A stretch of DNA of 64,000 bases from Candidatus Bathyarchaeia archaeon. Its GTDB lineage: Archaea > Thermoproteota > Bathyarchaeia > Bathyarchaeales > Bathycorpusculaceae. The DNA is taken from the NCBI GenBank assembly GCA_038727135.1, contig JAVYWL010000001.1, forward strand, positions 288,001-352,000, read 5' to 3'. Under the pieces are notes generated by a model, which worked only from the letters and a program-made list of their open reading frames with translations, ran no database searches and was not told where the DNA came from. Positions 1 to 9,918 of the stretch are shown here, piece after piece. Position numbers and translations under genes: made by a program. Positions within the stretch are counted from its first letter, which is position 1. Each line of letters opens with the position of its first letter.

Positions 1-2
1 AC

Positions 3-218
3 GTTATGGCTCCGGGAATTCTACGCTTTGAAGGAGAATTTTTGAAGGACGACATAGTCCTGGTTGTGGATGAGAAATATGGCAAGCCTATTGCTGTAGG
101 TGAAATCTGTTACAACTCAGAAGAGGTTGCTGGAGTTAAGCATGGCGTTGTGGTTAAAAATGTCCACCATGTCGGCGATAAAGTCTGGAAAACCATAAAG
201 GAGTTGGCAAGCGCATAA
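3..218 (+). CDS. PUA-domain RNA-binding protein (DUF1947/MCTS1-like), 5' truncated by window edge
   Basis: MAPGI...DIVLVVDEKYGKPIAVG...GVVVKNVHHVGDKVW is the typical C-terminal PUA signature; frame open to window start. Confidence 0.8.
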   Translation, partial: VMAPGILRFEGEFLKDDIVLVVDEKYGKPIAVGEICYNSEEVAGVKHGVVVKNVHHVGDKVWKTIKELASA

Positions 219-365
219 GCAAAAGTAAGTTCGAATCCATATTCTAGATTCATAAACCTATTAACACTAATCCGTATTGTAGATTCAGAGCACCGTTCAA
301 TAAGGAAACGCTTAAACTCTTAAAAAGGGTAAATAGGTATAAAGGGCGTAATAGAGAGGAGAAGT

Positions 366-737
366 TTGCCGGGTTTAGGTGAACTCTTCCGCAAATACAA
401 GAAAGAGGGAAAGGCGGAAACGCCGAAAGCGGAAGCCAAGGAGAAGCCCGGCAAAACCTTCTTGAAGGCTATGCCCCTCCGAGACTTATCCGACTTGGAC
501 GTTGTTAAGAAGGAGGTGAGCTCCGGAAACATACTAATTCTTAGAATAACTCCTCTCGCAAATAAGAGCGTTGACGATGTTAAAAAAGCTGTTAACGAGT
601 TATGCGAGTTCGTCGAGTCTGTCGGCGGGGACATAGCCCGCCTAGGCGAGGAACGCGTGGTTATTTGTCCGCCTAACGTGAAGATTTGGAGAGAGAAAAC
701 GCCGGTGGCAAGCGAGCCTATAGCTACAGCAGCCTAA
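366..737 (+). CDS. sepF: archaeal cell division protein SepF (DUF552)
   Basis: GNILILRITPL...ELCEFVESVGGDIARLGEERVVICPPNVKI matches the archaeal SepF core; amphipathic N-terminus. Confidence 0.85.
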   Translation: MPGLGELFRKYKKEGKAETPKAEAKEKPGKTFLKAMPLRDLSDLDVVKKEVSSGNILILRITPLANKSVDDVKKAVNELCEFVESVGGDIARLGEERVVICPPNVKIWREKTPVASEPIATAA

Positions 738-2643
738 TGGTTTCCATAACTGCGGGTGCAAAGCTCTGGATTCCACATTTTTTCTCTATGAAATTGGATA
801 TGCTGGCTATTTTTGCCCTTTCACCGTGGCAAACTATAACTCGTTCCGGTCTAGGCTTTAAATGCGTTATGTAGTTTATTATCTGCCGCCTATCAGAGTG
901 CCCTGAAAAGCCTTCTATGGATTCTACACGCATCTTTACCTTTACAACGCTCATTTTGCCCTCGCTGTCAATCATTGCCACCTCGTTTATGCCCTTTTGA
1001 ACACGTCTGCCTAAAGTGCCCTCAATCTGGTAGCTTACAAATACTATGGTGTTTCTCTCGTCTTCTGCTAGGCTTTTGAAGTATTCTATTACTGGTCCGC
1101 CCTCAAGCATGCCTGAAGTAGCCATGATTATGCACGGTTCTCCGTCAATCACGCTTTGCCTAACGCTTGGATGCTCAACAACTGTGAAATAATCCGACTC
1201 GAAGGGGTTCACCCCGTCGTGGAGGATGCTGTTTCTGACTTCCCTGCCCAAGTATTCTGGGTAAGCCGTGTGGATTGCCGTAGCTTCAGAAATCATACCT
1301 TCAATGAAGACCGGAGCCTCCTTCATCAGCCCACGCTTCATGTAGCCGTCCAAAACAAGCATTATTTCCTGTGCTCTGCCAACAGCTGGAACCGGAATTA
1401 GAACCTTGCCCCTTTTCTCTAATGTCTCGTTTACTATTTTCGTTAGACGTTCTTCAGCCTCAACCCTTGAGGGCATTATGTCCTCCGGACCACCATAAGT
1501 GCTTTCAGTTATGACAGTTTCAACTCTTGGAAATTCGGCTGTTGCCGCCTCCAAAAGCATGGTTCGCGCATACTTGTAGTCGCCCGTATAAACAATGTTG
1601 TGTAGGCCTTCGCCAATGTGCAAATGCACTATTGAAGAGCCTAAAATGTGCCCGGCATTATGCAGTGTCAGCCGCACGTCCGGGGCAATATCCGTTACAA
1701 CACCATAACGAAGCGGAATAGTGTGAAGGACACATTCCCGAACATCCTTTTGGTCATAGGGTGGAATTATGCCCTGCTTGCTAGCCACATCCAAATAGTC
1801 AAGCTGAAGCAGCGTCATGAGGTTGGATGTTGGAGCGGAACAGTAAACGGGACCTTCGTAGCCATACTTATATAGGAATGGAACCAAGCCGCAATGGTCA
1901 AGGTGGGCGTGGCTTATAACAACAGCGTCCAAGGAGTCTATCTCGAAAGCTGGATGGTCAAACCTTGGAAAAGCCTCAAAAGGCTTCGACGAGCCCGGAT
2001 TTATGCCGCAGTCCAAGAGGATGCTGCTTTCTCTCGTCTGCACAAGGAAAGCCGAGCGTCCAACCTCTTGAACGCCGCCTAATGGCGTAATCCGAACATC
2101 TCCGACCTCGAAGACTTTTGGTCTGAAGATTCTTTCGCCAAATGTGCGGAGGTTTCGCTCCCTTTCCTTGCTTTCAGAATGGAGGTAGTGACGCATGTGC
2201 GCAATAATCTTAGAGCGTAGTGGCGGGCTTCTCAAAACGTGGGGGCGCCACTTTGTCCTCTTTATAATTTCCTGCAAGACAGCACCATTTTTCCCTATAA
2301 CTAGCCCCGGCTTTTTAGCCTCGATGATTATTTCACCTAGACTTGGGTCAAAGTACACATCTGTGACTTCAGCCTCTGGCGGAATTATTTCTCGGGCTAT
2401 TTTCTCTGCCTCTTTCTCTGTAAGCCTCACAGATGGGTCTGAGCGGACGACGATTCTTTTTCTGATGACGTTTACTATGTCAGCTATTAGGCTGCTCTGC
2501 TCCACGAGGATTTCCGGTCTTTTTGCGTAGACCGCCAGCATTGGACCTTCATATTCTACCCTTGTGACTTCAGCCTCTTTTGGGACATGCTCAAGTATGT
2601 ATTTGCTTATTTCGATTTTCTCCCTTTCAGTGTTGGGCGCCAA
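724..2643 (-). CDS. fttA: beta-CASP ribonuclease aCPSF1 / transcription termination factor FttA
   Basis: N-terminal KH domains, SHAHLDH, AGHILGS and FSGHSD motifs; 639 aa; adjacent to psmB as usual in archaea. Confidence 0.95.
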   Translation of the reverse strand: MAPNTEREKIEISKYILEHVPKEAEVTRVEYEGPMLAVYAKRPEILVEQSSLIADIVNVIRKRIVVRSDPSVRLTEKEAEKIAREIIPPEAEVTDVYFDPSLGEIIIEAKKPGLVIGKNGAVLQEIIKRTKWRPHVLRSPPLRSKIIAHMRHYLHSESKERERNLRTFGERIFRPKVFEVGDVRITPLGGVQEVGRSAFLVQTRESSILLDCGINPGSSKPFEAFPRFDHPAFEIDSLDAVVISHAHLDHCGLVPFLYKYGYEGPVYCSAPTSNLMTLLQLDYLDVASKQGIIPPYDQKDVRECVLHTIPLRYGVVTDIAPDVRLTLHNAGHILGSSIVHLHIGEGLHNIVYTGDYKYARTMLLEAATAEFPRVETVITESTYGGPEDIMPSRVEAEERLTKIVNETLEKRGKVLIPVPAVGRAQEIMLVLDGYMKRGLMKEAPVFIEGMISEATAIHTAYPEYLGREVRNSILHDGVNPFESDYFTVVEHPSVRQSVIDGEPCIIMATSGMLEGGPVIEYFKSLAEDERNTIVFVSYQIEGTLGRRVQKGINEVAMIDSEGKMSVVKVKMRVESIEGFSGHSDRRQIINYITHLKPRPERVIVCHGERAKIASISNFIEKKCGIQSFAPAVMETIRLL

Positions 2644-2660
2644 CTTTTAGACTTCCCTTT

Positions 2661-3320
2661 TCAATTTGCAGCTAAAAGTTTCTTCTTCTCCTCTTCTGTT
2701 AATTCTCTATAACCGTTAGCGTCCACAACCGCCACATTGAAGCTGTCTCCGCTCGCCGAGTCCCTTTTCATGGCTGAGTCAACGGCCCTAACAACTATTG
2801 GTAAAGCTTCAGCCACCGACATGCCCTCTCGGAACTTGTCCTCCAAAACGCCGTAGGCTATTGGAGAACCCGAACCGGTGGCGACACACTTCTCCTCTGT
2901 TAGGCTTCCGAAGGGGTCTATGGAGAAAACATGAGGCCCAGTGTCGTCGACTCCGCCTATCAAGACCTGGGTTGCCAGTGGTATGTACCGGGTTGAGAAT
3001 AGGAGGTTTGCCATGAGCCTTGCCGCTGAGCTTATGGGCATTGGTCTTCCCATGTTTATCTTGTAAAGTTGGGCGTTAGCCGTTAAAATGTCCACTGTTC
3101 TTTGGGCGTCAGCGACTGTTCCAGCAATGGTCATCGCCATGTGGTCGTCTATCTTGTATATTTTCTTCCCATGTTTGTGGGCTACATAGAATCCCATGGT
3201 TACTCGGGTGTCTGAAGCCAGGATTACTCCATCTTTGCAGACAACCCCTATGGTTGTCGTTCCCTTCAACGTCAACTTATCAACTACGTTGCTGTTTGAC
3301 ATTTTACGCATTTCTCCCAA
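2661..3320 (-). CDS. psmB: proteasome subunit beta
   Basis: Propeptide followed by G-TTTIGV; ATGSGS; RDSASGD. Confidence 0.95.
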   Translation of the reverse strand: MGEMRKMSNSNVVDKLTLKGTTTIGVVCKDGVILASDTRVTMGFYVAHKHGKKIYKIDDHMAMTIAGTVADAQRTVDILTANAQLYKINMGRPMPISSAARLMANLLFSTRYIPLATQVLIGGVDDTGPHVFSIDPFGSLTEEKCVATGSGSPIAYGVLEDKFREGMSVAEALPIVVRAVDSAMKRDSASGDSFNVAVVDANGYRELTEEEKKKLLAAN

Positions 3321-3436
3321 AACCTAAACACATCGCCAAATTACTTCGCTAGGAAGTAGCATCATTTAATCACGTCATGAAGCTTATTAATATTACGCTT
3401 CGAAAATGCAATTCATCTATAAACGTTTTGAAGCCT

Positions 3437-3598
3437 CTAGATTATGTCTTCTTCCTCTGTTAGCTCGTCTTCCTCCGCCCAATGGCACTCTTCGCAGAAA
3501 CCATCGAACTCTTCATACTCATCCTTTGATATTTCCTTGCCGCACCTCACACAGTAATGTTTACATTTTCCCTTCTCAATTGTCGCCCTATCAGACAT
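3437..3598 (-). CDS. small zinc-ribbon protein with acidic tail (53 aa)
   Basis: MSDRAT...CVRCG...FCEECH then EEDELTEEEDII; the ATG at 3598 is a better start than 3739. Confidence 0.6.
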   Translation of the reverse strand: MSDRATIEKGKCKHYCVRCGKEISKDEYEEFDGFCEECHWAEEDELTEEEDII

Positions 3599-3739
3599 GG
3601 CGATAGGGTTTTTAAATTCTGGATTCTTATCGGTTATGAAACTAAAATTTATAGTTAAAATATACCAGGCTGAAGCGTTGCTTTGAAAAAGGGTTTTAAG
3701 AGCCGCACTCATATCATTTGAGAGGAAAAGTCTCAGCAA

Positions 3740-4804
3740 GTGATTGGTTTGCCTTTAAAACGCCACTGGATGCAGCTTCCAAGGGAGGTTATTGTCGGAG
3801 AGGGCGTAATAGAACAAACTGCGGAAATATCCAAAAGGCTGGGTTTCACGGAGTCCGCCCTAATAATTACTGGGAGGAAAACCCACAATATTGCCGGGAA
3901 AATTGTTGAGGAAATTCTTGAAAAAGAGGGGGTGCAAGCCAAAACGCTCATTGTGGAGTCAGCCACCATAAAAGATGTGGAAGCTGTTGAGGAAAAAATT
4001 AGAGCCTTAAAACCTCAAGTAGTTTTTGGCGTGGGCGGAGGAACAAAAATCGACATTGCAAAGTTAAGCTCTGCCCGGCAAAAGGTGCCCTTCATAAGCG
4101 TTCCAACAACAGCCTCCCATGATGGGATTGCAAGCCCACTGTCGTCTGTCAAAGGTCTTGAAAAACCTTTTTCGGTAATGGCTCAAGCCCCGGTAGCCAT
4201 AATAGCCGACACAAACATAATCACACAGACACCTCACCGTTTTATTGCAAGTGGTTGCGGAGACGTCATTGCAAAATTCACAGCTGTGAGAGACTGGAAG
4301 CTTGCAAGCATGGATAAGAACGAGTATTATGGGGAGTACGCCGCAAGCCTAGCCCTAATGAGCGCAAGGCTCGTGATGCGAAACGCCAGCCTCATAAAAC
4401 CAGAAAACGAGGAAGGCTTGCGCGTGCTCCTTGAAGCCCTAATAAGCTGTGGAGTAGCCATGAGCATTGCTGGGAGCAGCCGCCCATGCAGTGGTGCAGA
4501 ACACTTATTCAGCCACGCCCTAGACCTCATAAAGCCTAACAACGCCCTTCACGGCGAGCAGTGCGGTATAGGAACAATTATTATGGCTTATCTGCATGGC
4601 ACAGACTGGAAGCGCATAAGGGAAACCCTAAAAACAGTTGGAGCGCCAACCAACGCCTACGAACTTGGGTTGGCGAAAGACGATGTGGTTAAAGCCTTGT
4701 TTATGGCATCATCAATAAGACCTGAACGCTACACAATCCTTAATAAGTTAGACCTAAGCCTAGAAGAATGCGAAAGAATTGCGAAAATAACCGGGGTTAT
4801 TTAG
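3740..4804 (+). CDS. egsA: sn-glycerol-1-phosphate dehydrogenase
   Basis: GVGGGTKIDIAK, VPTTASHDGIASP, SRPCSGAEHLFSHALD, LHGEQCG. Confidence 0.95.
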   Translation: MIGLPLKRHWMQLPREVIVGEGVIEQTAEISKRLGFTESALIITGRKTHNIAGKIVEEILEKEGVQAKTLIVESATIKDVEAVEEKIRALKPQVVFGVGGGTKIDIAKLSSARQKVPFISVPTTASHDGIASPLSSVKGLEKPFSVMAQAPVAIIADTNIITQTPHRFIASGCGDVIAKFTAVRDWKLASMDKNEYYGEYAASLALMSARLVMRNASLIKPENEEGLRVLLEALISCGVAMSIAGSSRPCSGAEHLFSHALDLIKPNNALHGEQCGIGTIIMAYLHGTDWKRIRETLKTVGAPTNAYELGLAKDDVVKALFMASSIRPERYTILNKLDLSLEECERIAKITGVI

Positions 4805-5502
4805 GCTTTTGCCTTTGGTTCCGCCTTAAAGGTTTCTGTGAACTTGACGGCGGTTATTTCCGGGAAAAACTTCTGTATGTCTAGGGCTATGCCACGCTTT
4901 GCAACCTGAATTCCTTCCAAGTAGAAGGCTTCTTCAGGCATTTCTATGCTAACGTTTTTCGCTTTAATGGTGAACTTGAACTTTTCAGCCTCAACTGTTG
5001 GTATTCTACGGTGAATTAGGGCGGCTATCTTCTCTTCTGGCGTTTCAAGCTTCTTCTTGACCGTAACCTCGTAAACAAGGGTTTTTCCAGCCAATGGAGG
5101 ATTAAAGTCTAAAAGGACGCGCCCAGCGCCAATAGCCCTAACAGTTGCCATTTTACCGTCGTATTCGAGGCGCATTCCAAGGGTTGGGGTTATGCCCTTA
5201 GCCGTCAAGTGCCTAAGAGGAACTCGCTTAACTTTTTCTGGGTCTCTTGCTCCAAAGGCTTTTTCTGGCGGTATCTCTACAGTTTCAGTTTTTCCAACTT
5301 CCATGTTTGTTAGGCTTTCATCCAAAGCCTTTAGGACCCAGCCCTCGCCTATAACAACGAGTTTTGGCTCGTAGATTTCGCCCTCTTTGTAGAGGCGTTC
5401 TTTTTTGGCTACCTCCTCAATTGTGGTGTCGAAGACTTCTCCTGTCTCTTTTACCTTTGCCACGTAATCTAACAGTATGAAGTCGCCTTTCTGCAAAGCC
5501 AT
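4801..5502 (-). CDS. slyD: long-type archaeal FKBP peptidyl-prolyl isomerase (SlyD-like)
   Basis: GEVFDTT, EIPPEKAFG, LDFNPPLAGKTLVYEV plus C-terminal extension. Confidence 0.9.
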   Translation of the reverse strand: MALQKGDFILLDYVAKVKETGEVFDTTIEEVAKKERLYKEGEIYEPKLVVIGEGWVLKALDESLTNMEVGKTETVEIPPEKAFGARDPEKVKRVPLRHLTAKGITPTLGMRLEYDGKMATVRAIGAGRVLLDFNPPLAGKTLVYEVTVKKKLETPEEKIAALIHRRIPTVEAEKFKFTIKAKNVSIEMPEEAFYLEGIQVAKRGIALDIQKFFPEITAVKFTETFKAEPKAKA

Positions 5503-5604
5503 TTCACATCATCTTTTATGAGCATTTGCCAAACTAAACCAGGAGCATCAATAAAAGCTTTATCCAATCAAAACATGTTTTAAATTCGCCAACCTAAAAG
5601 TTGA

Positions 5605-6072
5605 GTGAACATGATGGAACATAATGCAAAAGAGAAAACTTACAGCGAATGCTTCGAAGCTATAAAGAAAGGAGTTATGGGAAAATCCTTTGAAGAAAGA
5701 ATGGCACTTGTATGCAGCGTTTTGAAGGAGAAAATCCCATACTATTTTTGGGTTGGATTTTATATTCCCAAGAAGGATTGGTTGGAGCTTGGTTCATCAA
5801 AGGGACCGCCAGCATGCGCCAGAATAGCCTACACTGGTGTTTGCGGGAAATGCGCCAAAAGCGGGAAAACCATTATTGTGCCAAATGTTCACGAGTTTCC
5901 AGGACATATCGCATGTGACCCCCGTTCAAAGTCTGAAATTGCCGTGCCAGTATTCGGCGAGAAGGGTGATGTTGTGGCTGTTCTTGATGTTGACAGCGAG
6001 GAATATGGCAGTTTTGACGAGAAAGATAAGGAGTGGCTTGAGAGGATAGCGAAACTCTTAACTTCAGCCTAG
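5605..6072 (+). CDS. msrC: GAF-domain free methionine-R-sulfoxide reductase
   Basis: WVGFY, PACARI, GVCG, FPGHIACD...SKSEIAVP, VLDVDS. Confidence 0.8.
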   Translation: MNMMEHNAKEKTYSECFEAIKKGVMGKSFEERMALVCSVLKEKIPYYFWVGFYIPKKDWLELGSSKGPPACARIAYTGVCGKCAKSGKTIIVPNVHEFPGHIACDPRSKSEIAVPVFGEKGDVVAVLDVDSEEYGSFDEKDKEWLERIAKLLTSA

Positions 6073-6103
6073 ATTAAAGGGCTACTCTTAGCAGGAAAAC
6101 ATA

Positions 6104-7297
6104 ATGAAAAACGGCTTAGCGAATGCGAAAAAAGCCTACGTGGCTATTCTCCTTCTCGGAATAGTGAGCCTCATGGGAGACGTTGTCTATGAGGGTTCAA
6201 GGGGGATTGTTACACCATACCTAGAATTTCTTGGAGCCTCCGCCTTTGCCATAGCCTTTTTCGGCAGATTTGGGGAGTTTTTGGGATACGCCCTAAGGCT
6301 TGTAAGCGGGAGCCTCGCAGACACCACGAGAGCTTACTGGCTTTTCATATTTTTGGGATACGGGCTTATTGTATCAATACCGCTTTTGGGAGTGACAAGA
6401 ATTTGGGAAATAGCAATAATCTTGGTGCTTCTTGAAAGAATTGGAAAAGCCATTAGGTCGCCGGCGAGAGACGCCGTGCTATCTATTGTAAGCCGAGGGG
6501 TTGGCGCTGGAAAAGCCTTCGGAATCCATGAACTATTAGACCAAATTGGCGCCATTTTAGGTCCCCTCATCGTGGCTGGCTTAATGTTCTACACCAGCAA
6601 CAATTACAATTTAACCTTCAGTCTTCTAGCGTTGCCCTTCATCATGCTTATGGCATTCCTAGCCTACACGTTTAGGAAGGTCGGTTGGAGAAAAACCGCA
6701 GAGCCAGCAGAGGTTAGAATAGAAAAGGGTGAAGAAAAACTTGGAAGAGCTTTTTATGTTTACACTTCGGCTGTTTTGCTGAACACTGTTGGGCTTATAC
6801 CCTTCGAGCTTATACTTCTCAAGGCGACAGAAATTCTAAAGCCGACGAACCAGTTGTGGATTGTCCCCCTAATCTACATGCTGATACAGGGGGTGGACGC
6901 GCCAACAGCACTTTTTGCGGGATTCGCCTACGACAGGTTCAAGATTAGAGTTTTGGCGCTGCCGTTCATTCTGTCGGTTTTTCCAACATTTTTTGCCATG
7001 GCTAATGCAGACTTAACAATGCTTGTTATGGCTGCAGCCTTTTTCGGTCTAGTTTTGGGAATGCAGGAGTCCATTTACCGCGCAGCTGTTTCGGGTTTTG
7101 CCCCAATTTCTTTACGGGGAACAGCCTATGGCATATTTAACACGGCTTATGGTGTTGGCATGTTAACTGGCGGGGCAGTATATGGCTTGATGGCAGAATT
7201 GAAAATTCCATACTTAGCCGTGATAATATATGTTCTTTTGACACAAGCCGCCGCGGTGGTTCTACTCATTAACGCCTACTCAAAAACCAAAACGTGA
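6104..7297 (+). CDS. MFS transporter
   Basis: About 12 hydrophobic segments; ERIGKAIRSPARD and GKAFGIHELLDQIGA motifs. Confidence 0.9.
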   Translation: MKNGLANAKKAYVAILLLGIVSLMGDVVYEGSRGIVTPYLEFLGASAFAIAFFGRFGEFLGYALRLVSGSLADTTRAYWLFIFLGYGLIVSIPLLGVTRIWEIAIILVLLERIGKAIRSPARDAVLSIVSRGVGAGKAFGIHELLDQIGAILGPLIVAGLMFYTSNNYNLTFSLLALPFIMLMAFLAYTFRKVGWRKTAEPAEVRIEKGEEKLGRAFYVYTSAVLLNTVGLIPFELILLKATEILKPTNQLWIVPLIYMLIQGVDAPTALFAGFAYDRFKIRVLALPFILSVFPTFFAMANADLTMLVMAAAFFGLVLGMQESIYRAAVSGFAPISLRGTAYGIFNTAYGVGMLTGGAVYGLMAELKIPYLAVIIYVLLTQAAAVVLLINAYSKTKT

Positions 7298-7336
7298 AGA
7301 GAGAAAAGGGTTTAAAGCCTTTAAAGAGATTTTACA

Positions 7337-8284
7337 GTGGCGGTTAGATTGGCATTTAATGACGAAACTAAGGTTCTGGACGTTCTAGAGAAAGTCAGCA
7401 AGTGCGTCGTCAACATCAGCACGATTAGACTGATTCAAGATATATTCTATCAAGTTTTCCCGGTCAAGGGCATGGGTTCCGGAACAATAATAGACAGCGA
7501 AGGTCATATATTGACGAATAACCATGTTGTTCAAGGCGCTGAACGCATAGCTGTCACCCTTTGGAACGGCGAGGTTTTAAACGGACGCTTGCTTGGAACA
7601 TGCACAATTCACGACATAGCCGTAGTCAAAGTTGACAGGAAAGGCTTGCCCTATGCTGAGCTTGGAGACTCTGATAAGTTGAGGATTGGACAGCGCGTCT
7701 ACGCCATCGGTAACCCCTTCGGCTTGGCTGGTGGACCAACAATAACTTCCGGCGTTATAAGCGCCTTAAACCGCACCATAGAATCCAAAAATGAGCTTCT
7801 GGAAAATCTTGTCCAAACAGATGCAGCCATAAACCCGGGAAACAGCGGCGGACCCCTAGTGGATGTTAATGGCAAGGTTGTTGCCATAAGCACCGCTATT
7901 ATTCCCTATGCCCATGGAATCGGGTTCGCCATTCCCATAAACTCAGCCAAAAAGTGCGCAGCAGAAATCATATCTAAAGGGGTGCATACACGACCATGGC
8001 TTGGGATAATGGGATTAAGCCTCACAAAGGAGATTTCCCGCTATTATGGAATACCATTAGATGAAGGCGTTTTAGTCACTAGGGTTGTTGAGGGAAGCCC
8101 AGCGCATGAGGCTGGTATAGCGGCTGGCGACATAATATTGGCTTTGGATGACGTCCCCGTAACACGAATAGAGAAGCTCTTAGGCGAAATTCATAAGAAA
8201 AGGGCTGGCGAAAAAGTCCGCTTGACGGTTTACCGGGATGGTTTTGAGTACTCCTTCGAAGTGATTTTAGCTAAGGCGCCCTAA
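7337..8284 (+). CDS. htrA: HtrA/DegP-like trypsin serine protease with PDZ domain
   Basis: LTNNHVV, DIAVV, QTDAAINPGNSGGPL; C-terminal PDZ; no signal peptide seen. Confidence 0.9.
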   Translation: MAVRLAFNDETKVLDVLEKVSKCVVNISTIRLIQDIFYQVFPVKGMGSGTIIDSEGHILTNNHVVQGAERIAVTLWNGEVLNGRLLGTCTIHDIAVVKVDRKGLPYAELGDSDKLRIGQRVYAIGNPFGLAGGPTITSGVISALNRTIESKNELLENLVQTDAAINPGNSGGPLVDVNGKVVAISTAIIPYAHGIGFAIPINSAKKCAAEIISKGVHTRPWLGIMGLSLTKEISRYYGIPLDEGVLVTRVVEGSPAHEAGIAAGDIILALDDVPVTRIEKLLGEIHKKRAGEKVRLTVYRDGFEYSFEVILAKAP

Positions 8285-8396
8285 AACGTTTGTTTGCGTG
8301 CTGTTCGGTTTTCGAGCGGAAATTATAAATTGGAAAGGTAATAATAAGATGTAAACGCTTCAGAATTTAACTGGTCCTTGTGTATGGGGGAGGCTG

Positions 8397-9131
8397 ATGA
8401 GCACACACGCAGAAGAATTGAAACTGCGTTTAATGACTATTGAACTTCTTCGAACAGCCAAATACAAGCGGAACATCACATACCGCGAGTTGTCAGCAAA
8501 AACAGGCTTGCCAGTAACGGTTCTAAGCAGATACGCCAAAGGACACGTTTTGCCCAACACTGCCAGAGCAAAACAGCTCTGGAAAGTCTTATCAAAATTT
8601 GTGGGTTTGGAAAACGAGCTTCGGAACAGAATAAAGTTTAACGAGGATGGTTATTTTGATAACACCGAGATTATTGGAGATTTTAACATTCTCCAGCAAG
8701 CGGCTAATCATGCTCTTGCAAATTTTGCTGGAAAACGAGTTACAAAAGTGTTTACTGCGGCGGTTGACGGAATCCCATTGGCAACTATGGTGGCAAACGC
8801 TCTAGGCGTAAACCTTGTTATAGCCAAGAGAAGCAAGGAGGTTGGCGTTAAAGAATTTCTTGAGGAAACATTTGTGCTTAGGGATTCCGGCGTAACAATT
8901 ACGCTTTATGTTCCAAAGGAAGCCATCAAAAAGCGGGACAGCGTCCTAATAGTGGATGATATGATTAAGACTGGTGAGACACAAGCAGCGCTCGTCAATC
9001 TTGTGCGTAAAGCGAAGGCTGAAATTTCGGGGATTTTCTCCCTGATAGCCATAGGCGACGAGTGGCGGAAGCGACTAAAGCTTCCGGAAGAATGCCCAAT
9101 AGAGGTTGTAACCTACATTAAGCCCCCATAG
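8397..9131 (+). CDS. HTH-phosphoribosyltransferase fusion (PurR-like / purine PRTase family)
   Basis: N-terminal TYRELSAKTGLPVTVLSRY HTH; PRPP loop VLIVDDMIKTGET. Confidence 0.8.
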   Translation: MSTHAEELKLRLMTIELLRTAKYKRNITYRELSAKTGLPVTVLSRYAKGHVLPNTARAKQLWKVLSKFVGLENELRNRIKFNEDGYFDNTEIIGDFNILQQAANHALANFAGKRVTKVFTAAVDGIPLATMVANALGVNLVIAKRSKEVGVKEFLEETFVLRDSGVTITLYVPKEAIKKRDSVLIVDDMIKTGETQAALVNLVRKAKAEISGIFSLIAIGDEWRKRLKLPEECPIEVVTYIKPP

Positions 9132-9828
9132 CGTGGCGTTTACAATCCGCTTTAACGGGACAGACGGCGCATCTATCCTTTCTACAGTAGTTTTTGCCTA
9201 AGCGAAGCAATGCAGTTTCAAAGTTTATGAAGGACTTGCCAGCCACGGCGTTTTCAGCCCAAAAATCTTCCAGTTGCTGCAAAATCTCTTTTGGAGCCTC
9301 CTCATCAATTATTCCAAGGTTTTTGGCCGCCATTATAACGAGACTTGTTGGCTTCGGCTTGGCTTTCTCCCAAACGTCGCGTAACTCCCTTAAAAATATG
9401 CTGACCGTCACGTCACCGACGCCCTTTCCCAAACCTTTAAGCTTCTCTTCTAAATCCGCATGGTCGCGGGCTTCCTCATATATGGCGGTTAGCCTTCCGC
9501 TATACTTCCCAGTTAAGTTCCGCATAACTTCGAGAAGCTTGTCAGCCGTTTTGAAGTCATAACGTGTGTAGCTTCCCTCGTCCAGAATCCGCACCAAGCC
9601 GTCCCAACCGGTTTCTAGAATCTTTTGAGGGGTTAAGACGCCGTGTTTTTCGAAGCACTTGTAGGTTTTTATGACGGAAGTTTCTGTTATCGGTGCGCCG
9701 AAAAGTATGGAAGTAAAAAACCACTTGAAAATCTCCTCCTCCCTTTGGCTTTTTAGGTCTATGCCCAAAATTTCAGAATATTGCGTTCCAAGCTTTTCAA
9801 CAAGGGTTTGGAGGCTTTCCCTCTTCAA
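9118..9828 (-). CDS. HhH-GPD superfamily protein with C-terminal Fe-S cysteine cluster
   Basis: LGKGVGDVTVSIFLRE helix-hairpin-helix; CRKDRCAVCPVKADC. Confidence 0.7.
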   Translation of the reverse strand: MKRESLQTLVEKLGTQYSEILGIDLKSQREEEIFKWFFTSILFGAPITETSVIKTYKCFEKHGVLTPQKILETGWDGLVRILDEGSYTRYDFKTADKLLEVMRNLTGKYSGRLTAIYEEARDHADLEEKLKGLGKGVGDVTVSIFLRELRDVWEKAKPKPTSLVIMAAKNLGIIDEEAPKEILQQLEDFWAENAVAGKSFINFETALLRLGKNYCRKDRCAVCPVKADCKRHAMGA

Positions 9829-9918
9829 AACTTTTCACCATCCCTTCCCACACGTCTAACAAGATTTATACTTATTCCAGCATAAACGGTTAGCGGACGC
9901 GAAAGGGAGAGACATCGG

